From Blastocystis sp. subtype 4 (lineage: Eukaryota): a stretch of 37,648 nucleotides of DNA. Both the position numbers and the translations under genes were made by a program. Location of the stretch: contig NW_014569471.1 in the NCBI RefSeq assembly GCF_000743755.1, forward strand, positions 1 through 37,648. The letters are read 5' to 3'. The notes below the pieces were generated by a model. That model made no database searches, was not told the origin of the DNA, and was given only the letters and a program-made list of their open reading frames with translations. This document shows positions 36,475 to 37,648 of the stretch, piece by piece. The first letter of the stretch is position 1, and each line of letters begins with the position of its first letter.

Positions 36475-37648
36475 TCATAGTTTGTTACTCTCCTGTCGAA
36501 TGAATCGATCAAGAGAATCAGCATCTCAATCATTATCAGTCAATCAAGCATACTTGAACTATGCAATTGCTCCACACTCCAGAATCCATTTCTCATCTGT
36601 ATTCCTTCATCAGTGAGTAATGGAATGTCTAATTCAAAGTCAAACTCAAGCATTACTATCCAATATCACGCTGCCTATCCAATCGAGATTGCTACCATCT
36701 CCTTTGAATGAAGATAGAGAAGGAAGATCTGAACAATCAGTTCATCATTATCATTCATACTCTTCGTTTTCAATTCATTTGATGTTGTAGTAGATATATC
36801 ACCACAAAGAGCATAATATCCAAGAGTGATGGATTGAAGTTGAATCAGATCTCATTCATCAGTCAGTCAATCATTCATACTCTCAAATACTACTGAATAA
36901 CACTTACAGAATGCTTTATCATCCAATTGAATGGATATGAGAGAAGGAAGATTCTTCAATTCAAATGACTCATACCAATAGAATGATTGAAAGCCAATGT
37001 GTATTTCACTCAATTGATCACAATTCATTATCACACAATTGCTTCCATATCTAGTATCATAGAAATTGAAACTATTCTTTCCAATCTTCATACTCTTCAA
37101 TTCATTCAATCCATCAATCACAAATCGGTTCACTTTCTCAAAACAATCATTTCCAATCTCAACTCTCTGAATCTCTTTTAAACAGTCAATATCAAATATA
37201 CTCAAATCATTTCTATATCCATCTTCAAATCGTTTGATTACACCTTCGTATGTTCCTTTGTTCCATCTTCCTCTTCTTATCACTTCTTCATTCTCATTCA
37301 ATTCCTTTCCAGCTCCATCTCTCAATCCATTCTTCCATTCTCCAATATACACAGGAAAACAGTCTTTGAATTCACTTCCATATCCTTCTCTCTTTCCATT
37401 CTTCCATCCACCTACATACAATGCACTCTTTCCATTAACTCCAAACTCTTTACCTTTACCTTCTCGAACAAATCCTTTCATCATATCTCCTTCAAATCCT
37501 CCTTCATATACTCTTATTCCATTCACATCATATTCAATCATACATTCTTCTTTCCATTCTCTCAATACTCCCATCATTACTCCATTCTTGTATTCACATT
37601 CTCTAACCATTCTTCCTCCTTCATACTCAAAACACTTACCATTCTTTC
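36475..37648 (-). CDS. MORN-repeat plus LRR-like family protein, 5' end outside the window (copy B)
   Basis: Near-identical paralogue of 1-1171 with the same four intron positions; TGA 36477-36475. Confidence 0.8.
36499..37648 (-). repeat. Right arm of ~1.15 kb inverted repeat
   Basis: Its reverse complement aligns to 1-1147 with patchy divergence. Confidence 0.97.

Noticed and set aside
1..37648. Terminal inverted repeats of a Polinton/Maverick, virus, giant transposon or linear plasmid
   Set aside because: The interior holds intron-rich housekeeping genes with no recognisable polymerase B, integrase, transposase or capsid. The arms are spliced gene paralogues.

Overview
Eukaryotic, gene-dense genomic DNA with ~28-35 nt GT-AG introns, very short intergenic spacers and a TGTTTGTT-type element just after most genes. 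This combination points to the anaerobic stramenopile Blastocystis or a close relative (inference). About 20 spliced genes are present, and the ORF track shows only exon fragments of them. They include ORC5, cytosolic GluRS, an EED/ESC-like WD40 protein, ASCC3, THADA, a zf-4CXXC_R1 protein, NOSIP, a degenerate aspartate-aminotransferase homologue, a SUN-domain protein, CstF-77, an FKBP, a stand-alone flavodoxin-like protein and ubinuclein/Hpc2. Two inverted ~1.15 kb paralogues of a MORN/LRR-like gene bracket the block. Main signal: in at least 7 genes the base 5 nt upstream of the GU-rich motif is an in-frame codon-first T. The stop codon (U+AA) is therefore probably made by polyadenylation, a known Blastocystis trait. 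In three of these genes the predicted cut falls inside a genomic TGA. Gene boundaries were spliced by eye and are approximate.
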